Shown: piece by piece, positions 1 to 11,943 of the stretch | How positions within the stretch are numbered: position 1 is the stretch's first letter | Layout of the letters: each line of letters starts with the position of its first letter | NCBI GenBank assembly: GCA_951406725.2 | Contig: OX597841.1 | Span: forward strand, 24,428,001-24,492,000 | DNA length: 64,000 nucleotides | Reading direction: 5' to 3' | From: Octopus vulgaris | Taxonomy: Eukaryota | Position numbers and translations under genes: made by a program | The notes under the pieces: model-generated | What the model was told of the DNA's origin: nothing | What the model saw: the letters and a program-made list of their open reading frames with translations, nothing else | The model's database searches: none

Positions 1-33
1 ATATATATAAATATATGCTTGCATATACATACA

Positions 34-67
<34 letters not shown>

Positions 68-325
68 CATACGTACATACTCTTATCTGTTAACATATAT
101 ATATAAATATATACTTGCGTGTACATACATACATACTCTCATCTGTTAACATATATATATATAAATATATGCTTGCATATACATACATACATACATACAT
201 ACACTCAGCTGTTAACATATATACATATATAAATATATACTTGCATATACATACATACATACATACATACTCTAAGCTGTTAACATATATATATATAAAT
301 ATATGCTTGCATATACATACATACA

Positions 326-359
<34 letters not shown>

Positions 360-617
360 CATACGTACATACTCTTATCTGTTAACATATATATATAAAT
401 ATATACTTGCGTGTACATACATACATACTCTCATCTGTTAACATATATATATATAAATATATGCTTGCATATACATACATACATACATACATACACTCAG
501 CTGTTAACATATATATATATATATAAATATATGCTTGCATATACATACATACATACATACATACACTCAGCTGTTAAAACATATATATATATATATAAAT
601 ATATGCTTGCATATACA

Positions 618-651
<34 letters not shown>

Positions 652-795
652 CATACATACATACTCTTATCTGTTAACATATATATATAAATATATACTT
701 GCGTGTACATACATACATACATACATACTGTCATCTGTTAACATATATATATATATAAATATATGCTTGCATATACATACCATACATACATACAT
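1..795. repeat. Compound minisatellite, ~45-70 bp unit CTGTTAAC(AT)nAAATATATGCTTGCATA(TACA)nCTC; further units at ~1321-1400 and ~1560-1650
   Basis: The CTGTTAAC and GCTTGC anchors recur about a dozen times between variable (AT)n and (TACA)n tracts. Confidence 0.9.
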
Positions 796-796
796 T

Positions 797-1322
797 ATGG
801 CTGCCCCCTCGTGATTGAGTATGGCCATTGCACGAAGCTTAACTGTTATTGGTGCTGTGATCGAATGTGACTTTTTAGCCCAGCTAAAGATCTACAATGT
901 CTTGTACAGAATTGGCAGCTAAAACCTTTACTGGTAATAGCCGGCTGTAGTTGTAACTGGGCTTCATGTACCTTTGCATGTCGTTTAAGTCCTCCTGCCG
1001 AATTACACTCTCTTCCACATGCCCGACAGATATGATTAGTATGGTGTGTTACACCACCGCCAGTGGCCAGGTTGTCACTCATCTGTCTCGTTTTATGACT
1101 ACGAAGATGACTCTTCAGTTCAGCTTTACTGAGGCAGGGTCTTGCACAGACATTGCATGTCAGCATCAAAGGAAGACCCTTCCCTTCCAGAAGTGTAAAA
1201 GCGACGGCCTTCCTGATATCCCTCCTTACTTTCTCATGTGCAACTCGAGATTTCTCAAAAGTGGCTGTCCCCTCATGCACAATCCTTCTCCACCTGCTAT
1301 GATCAATAGCTATGCCTTCCCA
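797..1322 (-). mobile_element. 3' end of an RTE-clade LINE; ORF C-terminus with three C2H2 zinc fingers
   Basis: Minus strand reads WEGIAIDHSRWRRIVHEGTATFE (RTE C-terminal W..A.D...WR motif), then CNVC..HLRSH, CRAC..HAKVH and CQFC..HIRSQH, a stop at 846 and a short 3'UTR; the same 3' end recurs at 60723-60767. Confidence 0.8.
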
Positions 1323-1398
1323 TATACATACATACTCTCATCTGTTAACATATATATATATATATATATATATGCTTGCATATACATACTCTCATCTG

Positions 1399-1449
<51 letters not shown>

Positions 1450-2065
1450 TTAGAGATAAAACCACTATTAGGCAAATCAAACAGTGAAAAACATAAGCCA
1501 ATACATAAAATTTATTTAATTTATATTATTTTAAATATATCAAAAGTATTAAAAGTTTAATATATATATATATGCTTGCATATACATACACACACACACA
1601 AACATACATACTCTCATCTGTTAACATATATATATAAATATATGCTTGTATATACTTATATACACACACTCTTGTCTGTGTGTGTGTGAGTGTGATTATG
1701 TGCATTTATATACTTACACATACTTGTATGTATGTCACAACATATAAAGAAATAGCTCACACACATATACATAAATGCTCGCACACATACACTCTCTTTC
1801 TCTCTCCCCCTCTCTTACACACACACACACACACACTAACAAATTCCAACAAACACCCAAACACATGAATGTTTATTATTTTTATTATAGATTGACATAG
1901 ATACAATTTCTTAAAAGGCAGACGTTATTTATATCCGTGTATAAGGAATGATACATAAATATTGTCTGAGTTATAAAAAGTAACAAACCTATTCGTATCT
2001 TTTGTCAACGAACAATAACAAAGAATGAATATCACTGTGTGTTCCTATGCGAACTTGTTTGCATA

Positions 2066-2283
2066 TACTCTCTTCTACTCTCTTTTACTCGTTTCAGTCA
2101 TTTGACTGTGGCCATGCTGGAGCACCGCCTTCAGTCGAGCAAATCGACCCCAAGACTTAATCTTTGCAAGCCTACAACTTATTCTATTGGTCACTCTTGC
2201 CGAACCGCTAAGTGACGGGGACGCAAACACACCCAAATCTTTGTCAAGCGACGTTGGCAGGATAAACACAGATACACAAACAT

Positions 2284-2331
<48 letters not shown>

Positions 2332-2494
2332 GACGGGCTTCTTTCAGTTTCCGTCTACCAAATCCACTCACAAGGCTTTGGTCAGCCTGAGGCTATAGCA
2401 GACGACACTTGCCCAAGATGCCACGCAGTGGGACTGAACCCGGAACCATGTGGTTGGTAAGCAAGCTACTTACCACACAGCCACTCCTGCGCCT
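2066..2494 (-). mobile_element. tRNA-derived SINE family A, full length
   Basis: Reverse complement has head GGCGCAGGAGTGGCTGTGTGG (A box), GGTTCAGTCCC (B box), CTTGGGCAAGTG, a central (TA)/(CA) tract and an (AAGAGTA)n tail; >20 copies in the window. Confidence 0.92.
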
Positions 2495-2662
2495 ATTATG
2501 TGTATGTGCTTTTTTTAAATTTGTAAGTGACACACACACATATACATGTGAAGGTGTAGAAATATAAATGTGACTACGGACACACATACACACATTATGT
2601 AAATAGGGTAAATCCTAACAGTTTCCTCTTGAAGCACATCTGCTTCTTCCATTATTACAATC

Positions 2663-3102
2663 GGATCTTTCCGGTTTGAACGGCAGATTTTAACATAATT
2701 TCTATGTAACTAAACACTTTTAAACATCGTATATTGGTAGAATGTGTTTATAAAACATCTTTTTCTCTTGACTTTATTGAGAAAATTCTATAGTTTGTAA
2801 GATATTCGTTGTTGTTTTTTTTCTTTAATTTTTGCAATTTCAACCAATCAATGACGTCCATTGAGGTAAAAAACATTCTGTGCCGTATGAATATGTCCCT
2901 CGTTTAAGAAACAGATTGGGTTTATTTACATTTGTGAAGAAATAAAGATACCCTTCCCCCCACTCCTAACCCTAACCAACCCTAACTAACCCTAACCCTA
3001 AAACAGATTGAAATGCAATAGATCGATACTAGGGTCATAACTATGGGTGACAATTTCATATGACACCGCTAGAAAAATCTGCCGTTCAAACCGAAAAGAT
3101 CC
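2663..3102. mobile_element. MITE with ~28-bp TIRs and internal (CCCTAA)n
   Basis: GGATCTTTCCGGTTTGAACGGCAGATTT ... AAATCTGCCGTTCAAACCGAAAAGATCC; TC on both flanks; rearranged second copy at 61044-61535. Confidence 0.85.
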
Positions 3103-3278
3103 TCTTCAGGCTTGGGTTTAGGGTTAGGGCTTACGGTTAAGTTTAGACTGCATGCTAAAGTGTAAATGGCCAGATAGGTCACATGCTAAAATGGCACTAA
3201 GAAATCTGTTCTGGAATAGTGATATAAAAAAAAAAAAGATGATACTTGAGAAATAGATTTTATGAACTGAGAAGCTTG

Positions 3279-3497
3279 TTTACTCTTTTACTCTTTTACT
3301 TGTTTCAGTCCTTTGACTGTGGCCATGCTGGGGCACCGCCTTTAGTCGAGCAAATCGACCCCAGGACTTATTCTTTGTAAGCCCAGTACTTATTCTATCG
3401 GTCTCTTTTGCCGAACCGCTAAGTGACGGGGACGTAAACACACCAGCATCGGTTGTCAAGCAATGCTAGGGGGACAAACACAGACAAACAAACACAT

Positions 3498-3530
<33 letters not shown>

Positions 3531-3677
3531 CATATATACGACAGGCTTCTTTCAGTTTCCGTCTACCAAATCCACTCACAAGGCATTGGTCGGCCCGGGG
3601 CTATAGCAGAAGACACTTGCCCAAGATGCCATGTGGTTGGTAAACAAGCTACTTACCACACAGCCACTCCTGCGCCT
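3279..3677 (-). mobile_element. SINE family A (B box deleted)
   Basis: Same consensus as 2066-2494 but lacks the CGCAGTGGGACTGAACCCGGAACCA segment. Confidence 0.9.
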
Positions 3678-4124
3678 TAGTGTTTAGTGATTTTCCCAAC
3701 AAAACATTGCAAGAACTGAGCTGCTAGATTTTTTAATGAACATGTCTATACATCACTCTACATATGTATCCATTTGTCTACTTAATTATATTTCTATTAA
3801 GTGTTATGGCAAAAGAATGTATCTGGTGGACATTTATATCTAGATAATAATATTAAACTACTTGTTCAAAGCCTTAATAAAACCAAAATCATTGACATTT
3901 TATCTAAAAAAAAAATAAAACTCCCTCACCCCACTATAATCAACCCTTAAATATTTTAATCTTATAAATCTAAAGATTATCATATATCATAAACGTAATT
4001 CCTATCTTTAATCAAAAATTCAACAACAATAACATAATTCCTATCAATATTCCTATGATTTATAAACCCTTAAACTCAACACGTATTCATTACCATGCAA
4101 ACGAATAAAACTAACCAATAAAGA

Positions 4125-4642
4125 CACGTGTCTGAAAGGATTAGAGACAAACACTTTCCTCTTTGGTCAATCTCTCATCAACTTCTTCAAGTATCACTTG
4201 AAAAGGAAAGTGAAAGTAGAGAGGCAAGTTTTGTCTAGTAAATGTTTTAAAAAAAGATGGGTGAATGTAGCAAGGATGGCACGTATGAATGGCGAAGCCA
4301 CCTTAAGCATAATCCTTTGAACCCGGAAAAATTTAAAACAGAGAGTTACTTGCAAATAAATGTGTTGACATGTGACATTAATGACCGAGGTTACCGTGGC
4401 CTTTTCCTTAGGCTTTTCTTTCCATGGATAAACCTTATCTGCTTCTCCCTTTACACTTTACATCATGACATTTCTGTGATACACGATCCCTATTGATCAC
4501 TTTTTTTTTTTCCTTTTTTTCCTTTCTACAATCCCTTTTGATCGAAAACCTACCCCACTTTTTTGCTTTTCTCCCCAAAAAGTAAAGCTCTACTTTGTAA
4601 TTTGTCCTGTCTGTGTCCAGCCCTGTGTGGCTAATAAAGAAA
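4125..4642 (+). mobile_element. 3' end of an L1/Tx1-like LINE (ORF2 C-terminus plus 3'UTR)
   Basis: Reads LKGLETNTFLFGQSLINFFKYHLKRKVKVERQVLSSKCFKKRWVNVARMARMNGEATLSIIL*, then a pyrimidine-rich UTR ending AATAAAGAAA; clade assigned by remembered resemblance only. Confidence 0.55.
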
Positions 4643-4802
4643 CATTAAGAGTTAAATCATCAATGTAATCTATTGATAGAATATTTAATTAATTATATTT
4701 TATTGATATGTGTTTTAATATTTGTGGCTGTGTGTCTATGTGTGTGTATATGTGTATATGTATGCATGGAAATATAATTTTGTGTATATATTTGTTTTTG
4801 AT

Positions 4803-5392
4803 TCGATGGTCATTCGGAATGCTCACAGCAGCCATATTCCTACCACTATGTCACGCTGGTGAGACCCATATTGGAGTACGGAATTCAAGCCTCTTCTCCT
4901 TATCTACTCAAAGACATACATCATCTCGAAAGAGTCCAGAAGCTGGCTACCCGCATGGTTCTTGGTCTCAAGCATTTGTCTTATGAATAAAGGCTGAAGA
5001 CGCTCGACCTTTATTCTCTCGAAAAACGACGACGCCGTGGTGATCTCATTCTTGCTCACAACATCATAAGCGGAAAGTGTAACCTCTCGAAAGAGCTGTT
5101 CTTCACTCCTGCTCCAGAGCGTCGGCTGCGGGGTCACTCCGAAAAGCTCTATCTACGACGATTTCATCTCAATCGAAGGAGAGGGGCTTTCTCCGTCCGG
5201 GTTGCGGATCTGTGGAATAAGCTGCCGGACGAGATAGTGAAGATGCCGACGACCGCTCGGTTCAAAGTCTCTCTTGACCAGAAATGGCCTGAACTCTTTG
5301 TATGATCACCCTCCCTATACATAACTCCCTGAGCCCCTACATGGCCTTGCTTTTGCTTTTTGAGCCAATAAAAATTGAATTGAATTGAATTG
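4803..5392 (+). mobile_element. CR1-clade LINE 3' fragment with frameshift and stop
   Basis: TLVRPILEYG..DIHHLERVQKLATRMV..LSYE*RLKTLDLYSLEKRRRRGDLI..RLRGHSEKL..FSVRVADLWNKLP; (AATTG)n tail. Confidence 0.9.
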
Positions 5393-5415
5393 TATATGAG
5401 TGTATACAATTGTAT

Positions 5416-5810
5416 AGGCACAGGAGTGGCTGTGTGGTAAGTAGCTTGCTTACCAACCACATGGTTCCGGGTTCAGTCCCACTGCGTGGCATCTTGGGCA
5501 AGTGTCTTCTGCTATAGCCCTGGGCCGACCAATGCCTTGTGAGTGGATTTGGTAGACGGAAACTGAAAGAAGCCCGTCGTATATATGTATGTGTGTCTGT
5601 GTTTGTCCCCCTAGCATTGCTTGACAACTGATGCTGGTGTGTTTACGTCCCCGTAACGTAGCGGTTCGGCCAAAGAGACCGATAGAATAAGTACTAGGCT
5701 TACAAAGGATAAGTCCTGGGGTCGATTTGCTCGACTTAAGGCAGTGCTCCAGCATGGCCACAGTCACGTGACTGAAACAAGTAAAAGAGTAAAAGAGTAA
5801 AGAGTAAGAG
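5416..5810 (+). mobile_element. SINE family A, full length
   Basis: AGGCACAGGAGTGGCTGTGTGG head through the GTAAAAGAGTAAAAGAG tail. Confidence 0.92.
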
Positions 5811-5813
5811 TAT

Positions 5814-6145
5814 GTGCTGGATGAGGCTGTAAGACTTCCAGAAGTTCCAGAGGGTTTCTCTGGTACAGGATTCCATCAGTTTGGCGATGCAGCTGGTAAG
5901 ACTGACGGGGCGATAGTTGACAGGCGATGTGCGGTCGCCTTTTCTGAACAGAGGGATGACACTGGCAGTTTTCCACTGTTCTGGAGTAACACCATTGTCA
6001 AGACAGAATTGGAAGAATAGAGAAAGTTGGCTTAGAAGAAAGTACCCACCGCGTTTGAGAAGTAGGTATGTAACACCATCGAGGCCAGGAGAGGCATAAT
6101 TGCATTTATTCTTAAGGTGGCGTTGCAGCATTGCTGGTGTAAATT
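5814..6145 (-). mobile_element. LINE reverse-transcriptase N-terminal fragment (CR1/L2/Jockey group)
   Basis: SPGLDGV...PEQWKTASVIPLFRKGDRTSPVNYRPVSLTSCIAKLME is the canonical pre-RT motif. Confidence 0.9.
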
Positions 6146-6709
6146 GCATAGTAAATTGCATAGTAGATAATGTGTATTATCTAACTATAGCTATATATAT
6201 CTAAATACATGTATACACAGACACACACAGATACATACACATGTCTACATATACATATATTCATATATTTATATATGTGTGTGTGTGTGTACGTGTGTAT
6301 AAATATATGCACACACACACACATATTGAAAGGATAGATAGTTATTAACAAGAAACTGCTCTCAAATAAAAACTCAGTGTTAAATACGAAACATAAATTT
6401 GCTCATTAAAGAAAGAATACTTGGTAATTGGACAGAGATCTTGCTTACAGTTGCTTAATGAAGCAGAGGAAAAATTATGAAAGTCTAGCAGCATAATCAG
6501 GAGATTTAGAAGAAGCATCAGGAGAGATGATATAGGTTACTTGTTGAACATTCTACAGTTTTAGATATATGGGTTCAAAGAAACTGGTTAATACAAATAT
6601 AGAATCATGAAATTTTCAAAACATAAGAAAGCTGAAAAAATTTTGGAGTAAACAGATGGGTAAAAGAGGTGGGTGGATGGGAGGAGCTGTAGAGAGAGAG
6701 AGGGGAATT

Positions 6710-6751
6710 GTTGGATGGATGGATGGGTGGATGAGTGGGTGGATAAACAGA

Positions 6752-6782
<31 letters not shown>

Positions 6783-6795
6783 TAGATAGATAGAC

Positions 6796-6838
<43 letters not shown>

Positions 6839-6962
6839 AAATTAGATAGATAGATAGCTAGATAGATAGATAGACAGACAGATAGCTAGATTAGATAGAT
6901 AGATAGATTGATAGATAGATAGATGGATGGATGGATAGATAGATAGATAGACAGATAGATAG
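6710..6962. repeat. (GGAT)/(GATA)/(GACA) tetranucleotide microsatellite
   Basis: Directly visible. Confidence 0.95.
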
Positions 6963-7166
6963 AAATATATATAAGTAATAAAAATAATCTACTAAAGACT
7001 AAATTAACCAAGCACAACTTGTGAAAAAAATTGTCGATTTAAATTATTGACAGTCATACCAAACACGAAATATTATATGTCCATATCAATGTAAACATAG
7101 AAATCTGTTCATGTTATTGGGAAGACATTTAAAAATGAGATTGAATAAGTATATAGGCTTGTACTA

Positions 7167-7203
<37 letters not shown>

Positions 7204-7209
7204 TCATCA

Positions 7210-7255
<46 letters not shown>

Positions 7256-7443
7256 TATAGTAATATTATACATATATATATATATATATCATCATCATCG
7301 TTTAAGCAGAATTTGTATTGCCAGCTGTTCTCCCTGTCATTTCAACCCTCACCTTTCTTCAAGCAAGCCAATATTTTCTTCTAATCCAGATATGTTTTTA
7401 AAGAAAATTTGTAAAAAAAAACTTTAATTGAATCATCAACAAT

Positions 7444-7620
7444 AGGCGCAGGAGTGGCTGTGTGGTAAATAGCTTGCTTACCAACCACATGGTTCCCAGA
7501 CGAGGCATTTTGTATTATTAATTTACGGTAAGTGTCTTCTACTATAGCCTCGGGCCGACCAAAGCCTTGTGAGTGGATTTGGTAGACGGAAACTGAAAGA
7601 AGCCCATCGTATATATGTAT
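7444..7620 (+). mobile_element. SINE family A, 5' half, B box replaced by ~30 bp of unrelated sequence
   Basis: GGCGCAGGAGTGGCTGTGTGG head and CTACTATAGCCTCGGGCCGACC body. Confidence 0.8.
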
Positions 7621-7892
7621 ATAAGATACCCGGTTTTGGTTAAACTGCACTGCAAAATGTGGGAGTAGTTAGGAATCTAAATCGTAGGAGACAGACACCA
7701 CACAACCTTACTTTTATATATAAAGATATAAAAAATGTAATATGCAAATAAATATCTGTAAATATAAACCATCTGATTTTCTGAGTACCTCAGCTCTTCT
7801 ATTATATATGTATGTATATATGTATATGTATATGTATATATAATGAGAAGATAGGCAGATGAGGGGTTTGCGCATCTATGTGTTTGAGTGTG

Positions 7893-8020
7893 CATATATC
7901 TGACTCATACATTGTTCGCTTTCCAGACATTTGTACATTACTGCATGTACTTTATATGCACTTTCTGACAAGTTGTGGTGCACCTGAGTACTGTATACAA
8001 TAATTTCATTATTATTATTA
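7893..8020 (+). mobile_element. CR1-type LINE 3'UTR stub
   Basis: Reverse complement of the 3'UTR at ~13150-13270 (GTTGTGGTGCACCTGAGTACTGTATACAATAATTTC(ATT)n). Confidence 0.75.
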
Positions 8021-8023
8021 TAC

Positions 8024-8200
8024 ATGTCTGCCCTTAACGTTCTGAGTTCAAATTCCGCCGAGGTTGACTTTGCCTTTCAACCTTTCAAGGTCGATAAATT
8101 AAGTACCAGTTACACACTGGGGTCGATGTAATCGTCTTAATCTGTTCGTCTGTCCTTGTTTGTTCCCTCTATGTTTAGCCCCTTGTGTGTAATAAAGAAA
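8024..8200 (+). mobile_element. SINE family B, 5'-truncated
   Basis: GAGTTCAAATTCC B box, GACTTTGCCTTTCA..GGTCGATAAATTAAGTACC body, AATAAAGAAATA tail. Confidence 0.85.
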
Positions 8201-9484
8201 TATATATACATGTGTGTTAAGTATGCACATAATAGTCGAAATATGGTGTGCGTTATAGTAATCATCATCATCATCATCATCATCAATGTAAACAATACAA
8301 AGTACTTAAAGCAGGATTTAAACAATTGATCTACACCCACCACCAACATCACACCACCATTTACACTGCCACCACCACCACCACCACCACCACCACCACC
8401 ACTTCTACTGTAGTAACTCAAATTGTGCTTCTAATTGCTTGTTCTGTCGACTAGTGACCAGCCTAAACTGTTTACGCCTTGACATTTCCAGATAACATCA
8501 CCTTTTCCCACCTCGGATTAAGCTTTAGCTGCTTTTTGCTTTGTTAATCTTTTTACTATATATTTTTTTTTTCAAAAATATAACGAACTTCCTTTTAAAT
8601 AATGGAAAAAAAAAATAATGTAATGAAATACAAAAATGTGATGTAAAATAAACACATCTTCATTTTTTTTTTGCGGAGGAAATGAAAGAAACGGTACACA
8701 AAAAATGCGTAAACAAGACAACGGAAATTATCTTTGAATTGTGTAAGACATTTGTTGACAGAGAGAAAGTTCAATGTTTGTGTGTAGGAGGAATCAGTGT
8801 TAATACTTTTTAACTCTTTTACTTGCTCCGATCATAAGACTGTGGCCATGCTGGAGCACTGATTAGAAATGTTAGTTGAACAAATCAACTATCATTTATT
8901 TTAATCTTTTACTTATTTTAGTCATTAGACCGTGACCATGGTAATACTTTTTAACTCTTTTACTTGTTTCAATCATTAGACTGTGACCATGATGGAGCAC
9001 TGATTAGAAAAGTTAGTTGAACAAATCAACTATCATTTTTTAAATCTTTTACTTATTTTAGTCATTAGACTGTGACCATGGTAATACTTTTTAACTCTTT
9101 TACTTGTTTCGATCATTAGACTGTGGCCATACTGCAGCACTGACTAGAAAAGTTAGTTGAACAAATCAACTATCATTTTTTTTTAATCTTTTACTTATTT
9201 TAATCATTAGACCGTGACCATGGTAATACTTTTTAACTCTTTTACTTGTTTCGATCATAAGACTGTGGCCATACTGCAGCACTGACTAGAAAAGTTAGTT
9301 GAACAAATCAACTATCATTTTTTTTTATCTTTTACTTATTTTAGTCATTAGACTGTGACCATGGTAATACTTTTTAACTCTTTTACTTGCTCCGATCATA
9401 AGACTGTGGCCATACTACAGCACTGACTAGAAAAGTTAGTTGGACAAATCAACTATCATTTTTTTAATCTTTTACTTATTTTAA

Positions 9485-9703
9485 CCCTTTAGTGTTTAAA
9501 CTGGCCATATCCGGCCCAAATAATCTACCTGTGTTCTGTTAAAACTGCCCAGAGTTGGTATCTCACACCAACCTATAATGTCAATCTAAAAACAGGTGAT
9601 AACATCATCGAAATCTTAAAGCTACGAAATAATGCATGATTACCTTAAAACAATAGGGATGAATGAAAATTATATTTGACAGAATAATCTCAATGCTAAA
9701 GGG
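9485..9703. mobile_element. Non-autonomous piggyBac-type MITE
   Basis: TTAA|CCCTTTAG...CTAAAGGG|TTAA, with TTAA at 9481-9484 and 9704-9707. Confidence 0.88.
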
Positions 9704-10128
9704 TTAATCATTAGACCGTGACCATGGTAATACTTTTTAACTCTTTTACTTGTTTCGATCATTAGACTGTGGCCATGCTGGAGCACTGACTAGAAAAGTT
9801 AGTTGAACAAATCAACTATCATTTTTTTTTAATCTTTTACTTATTTTAGTCATTAGACTGTGACCATGGTAATACTTTTTAACTCTTTTACTTGTTTCAA
9901 TCATTAGACTGTGGCTATGCTGGAGCACTGATTAGAAAAGTTAGTTGTACAAATCAACTATCATTTTTTAATCTTTTACTTATTTCAGTCATTAGACTGT
10001 GACCATGGTAATACTTTTTAACTCTTTTACTTGTTTCAATCATTAGACTGTGGCCATACTGCAGCACTGACTGGAAAAATTAGTTGAACAAATCAACTAT
10101 CATTTTTTAAATCTTTTACTTATTTTAA

Positions 10129-10347
10129 CCCTTTAATGTTTAAACTGGCCATATCCGGCCCAAATAATCTACCTGTTTTCTGTTAAAACTGCCCAGATTT
10201 GGTATCTCACACCAACCTATAATGTCAATCTAAAAACAGGTGATAACATCATGGAAATCTTAAAGCTACGAAATAATGCATGATTACCTTAAAACAATAT
10301 GGATGAATAAATATTATATTTGACAGAATAATCTGAATGCTAAAGGG
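10129..10347. mobile_element. Non-autonomous piggyBac-type MITE, second copy
   Basis: TTAA|CCCTTTAA...CTAAAGGG|TTAA; near-identical to 9485-9703 and at the same position in the array unit. Confidence 0.88.
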
Positions 10348-10746
10348 TTAATCATTAGACCGTGACCATGGTAATACTTTTTAACTCTTTTACTTGTTTC
10401 GATCATAAGACTGCGGCCATGCTGGAGCACTGACTAGAAAAGTTAGTTGAACAAATCAACTATCAATTTTTTAAATCTTTAACTTATTTTAGTCATTAGA
10501 CTGTGGCCATGCTGGAGCACTGACTAGAAAAGTTAGTTGAACAAATCAACTATCATTTTTAAAAATCTTTTACTTATTTTAGTCATTAGACTGTGACCAT
10601 GATGGAGCACCACCTTCAATGATTTTTTTAATTGAATGAATTGATTCCCATACTTATCATTAGACTGTGGCCATGCTGGAGCACTGATTAGAAAAGTTAG
10701 TTGAACAAATCAACTATCATTTGTTTTTTATCTTTACTTATTTTAG

Positions 10747-10777
<31 letters not shown>

Positions 10778-10851
10778 ATATTCCAACCCATGCTAGCATG
10801 GAAAACGGATGTTAAACGATGATGATGATGATGATGATATATATATATATG

Positions 10852-11194
10852 CCTCGAAGAATTTTTAGTGGAATGAATCGACCCTAGTACTTACTTTTCT
10901 TTTATTAACCCTGGCATGTATTCTATTGGTTAATTTTGCTAGACTGCTAAGTCACAAGGACATAAACACACCAACACTGGTTGTCAGATGGTGGTGGTGG
11001 GAGGCAGACACAGACACAAAGTCACACACACACACACATGTATACAACAGGCTTCTTTCAGTTTCCATTGCCCAAATTCACTCACAAGGACTTTGTCAGC
11101 CTCAGGCTGACCCAAGATACCATGAAGTGGGTCTGAACCTGGAACTATATGGTTCAAAAGCAAGCATCTTACCACGCAGCCATTCCTGCACCTC
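10852..11194 (-). mobile_element. SINE family A, diverged
   Basis: Degenerate match to the consensus, ending CAGCCATTCCTGCACCT. Confidence 0.75.
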
Positions 11195-11530
11195 TATATA
11201 TTTATGAATATAGATAGATAGACAGACAGATAGATTGACAGATACAGATATATAAGATGTATGACTGTGTGTGTGTGTGTGAATTCTACACTGCTTATTG
11301 CACCATCTGCTCTTTGGACAATATTTCTCTCCGGCATTCAAAACTTCTCCTAGGTTATTGACCTCACTAACATCAATGACCACAATTATTCGTCCTCAAC
11401 CTCTCTTTCTCTCTCTCCTCCTTCTCTTTCTCCTCCTTCTCTCTCCTCCTTCTCTTTCTCCTCCTTCTCTCTCTCCTCCTTCACTCTCTCTCACTCAACC
11501 TCATCTGTCTACCTTACTTTCATACCTACT

Positions 11531-11943
11531 TCTTTATTACCCACAAGGAGCTAAACATAAGAGGGGACAAACAAGGACAGACTTAGGTATTAAATCGATT
11601 ACATCGACCCCAGTGCGTAACTGGTACTTAATTTATCGACCCCGAAAGGATGAAAGGCAAAGTTGACCTCGGCAGAATTTGAACTCAGAACGTAGCGGCA
11701 GACGAAATACCTATTTCTTTACTACCCACAAGGGGCTAAACACAGAGGGGACAAACAAGGATAGACTTAGGTATTAAATCGATTACATCGACCCCAGTGC
11801 GTAAGTGGTACTTAATTTATCGACCCCGAAAGGATGAAAGGCAAAGTTAGCCTTGGTGGGATTTGAACTCACAACGTAATGAGAGACGAAATACCGCTAA
11901 GCATTTCGCCCGGCGTGCTAACGTTTCTGCCAGCTCACCGCCT
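11531..11943 (-). mobile_element. SINE family B, head-to-tail dimer
   Basis: Full copy 11712-11943 (reverse-complement head AGGCGGTGAGCTGGCAGAAACGTTAGC) plus a 5'-truncated copy 11531-11711. Confidence 0.88.

Larger units (their letters stand above)
8800..10745 (-). repeat. Tandem array (~140-bp unit) built from SINE A 3' tails
   Basis: Repeated CTTTTACTTGTTTC.ATCATTAGACTGTGGCCATGCTGGAGCACTGA...TCTTTTACTTATTTTAGTCATTAGACTGTGACCATGGTAATAC, roughly ten units. Confidence 0.88.

Noticed and set aside
2965-3150. Telomere fusion site
   Set aside because: Only a few degenerate units, and the CCCTAA tract is inside a MITE
6443-6557. Minus-strand AG...GTAAGC-bounded segment as exon 2 of the signal-peptide gene
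   Set aside because: The phase-1 frame hits a stop after about ten codons and the acceptor lacks a pyrimidine tract
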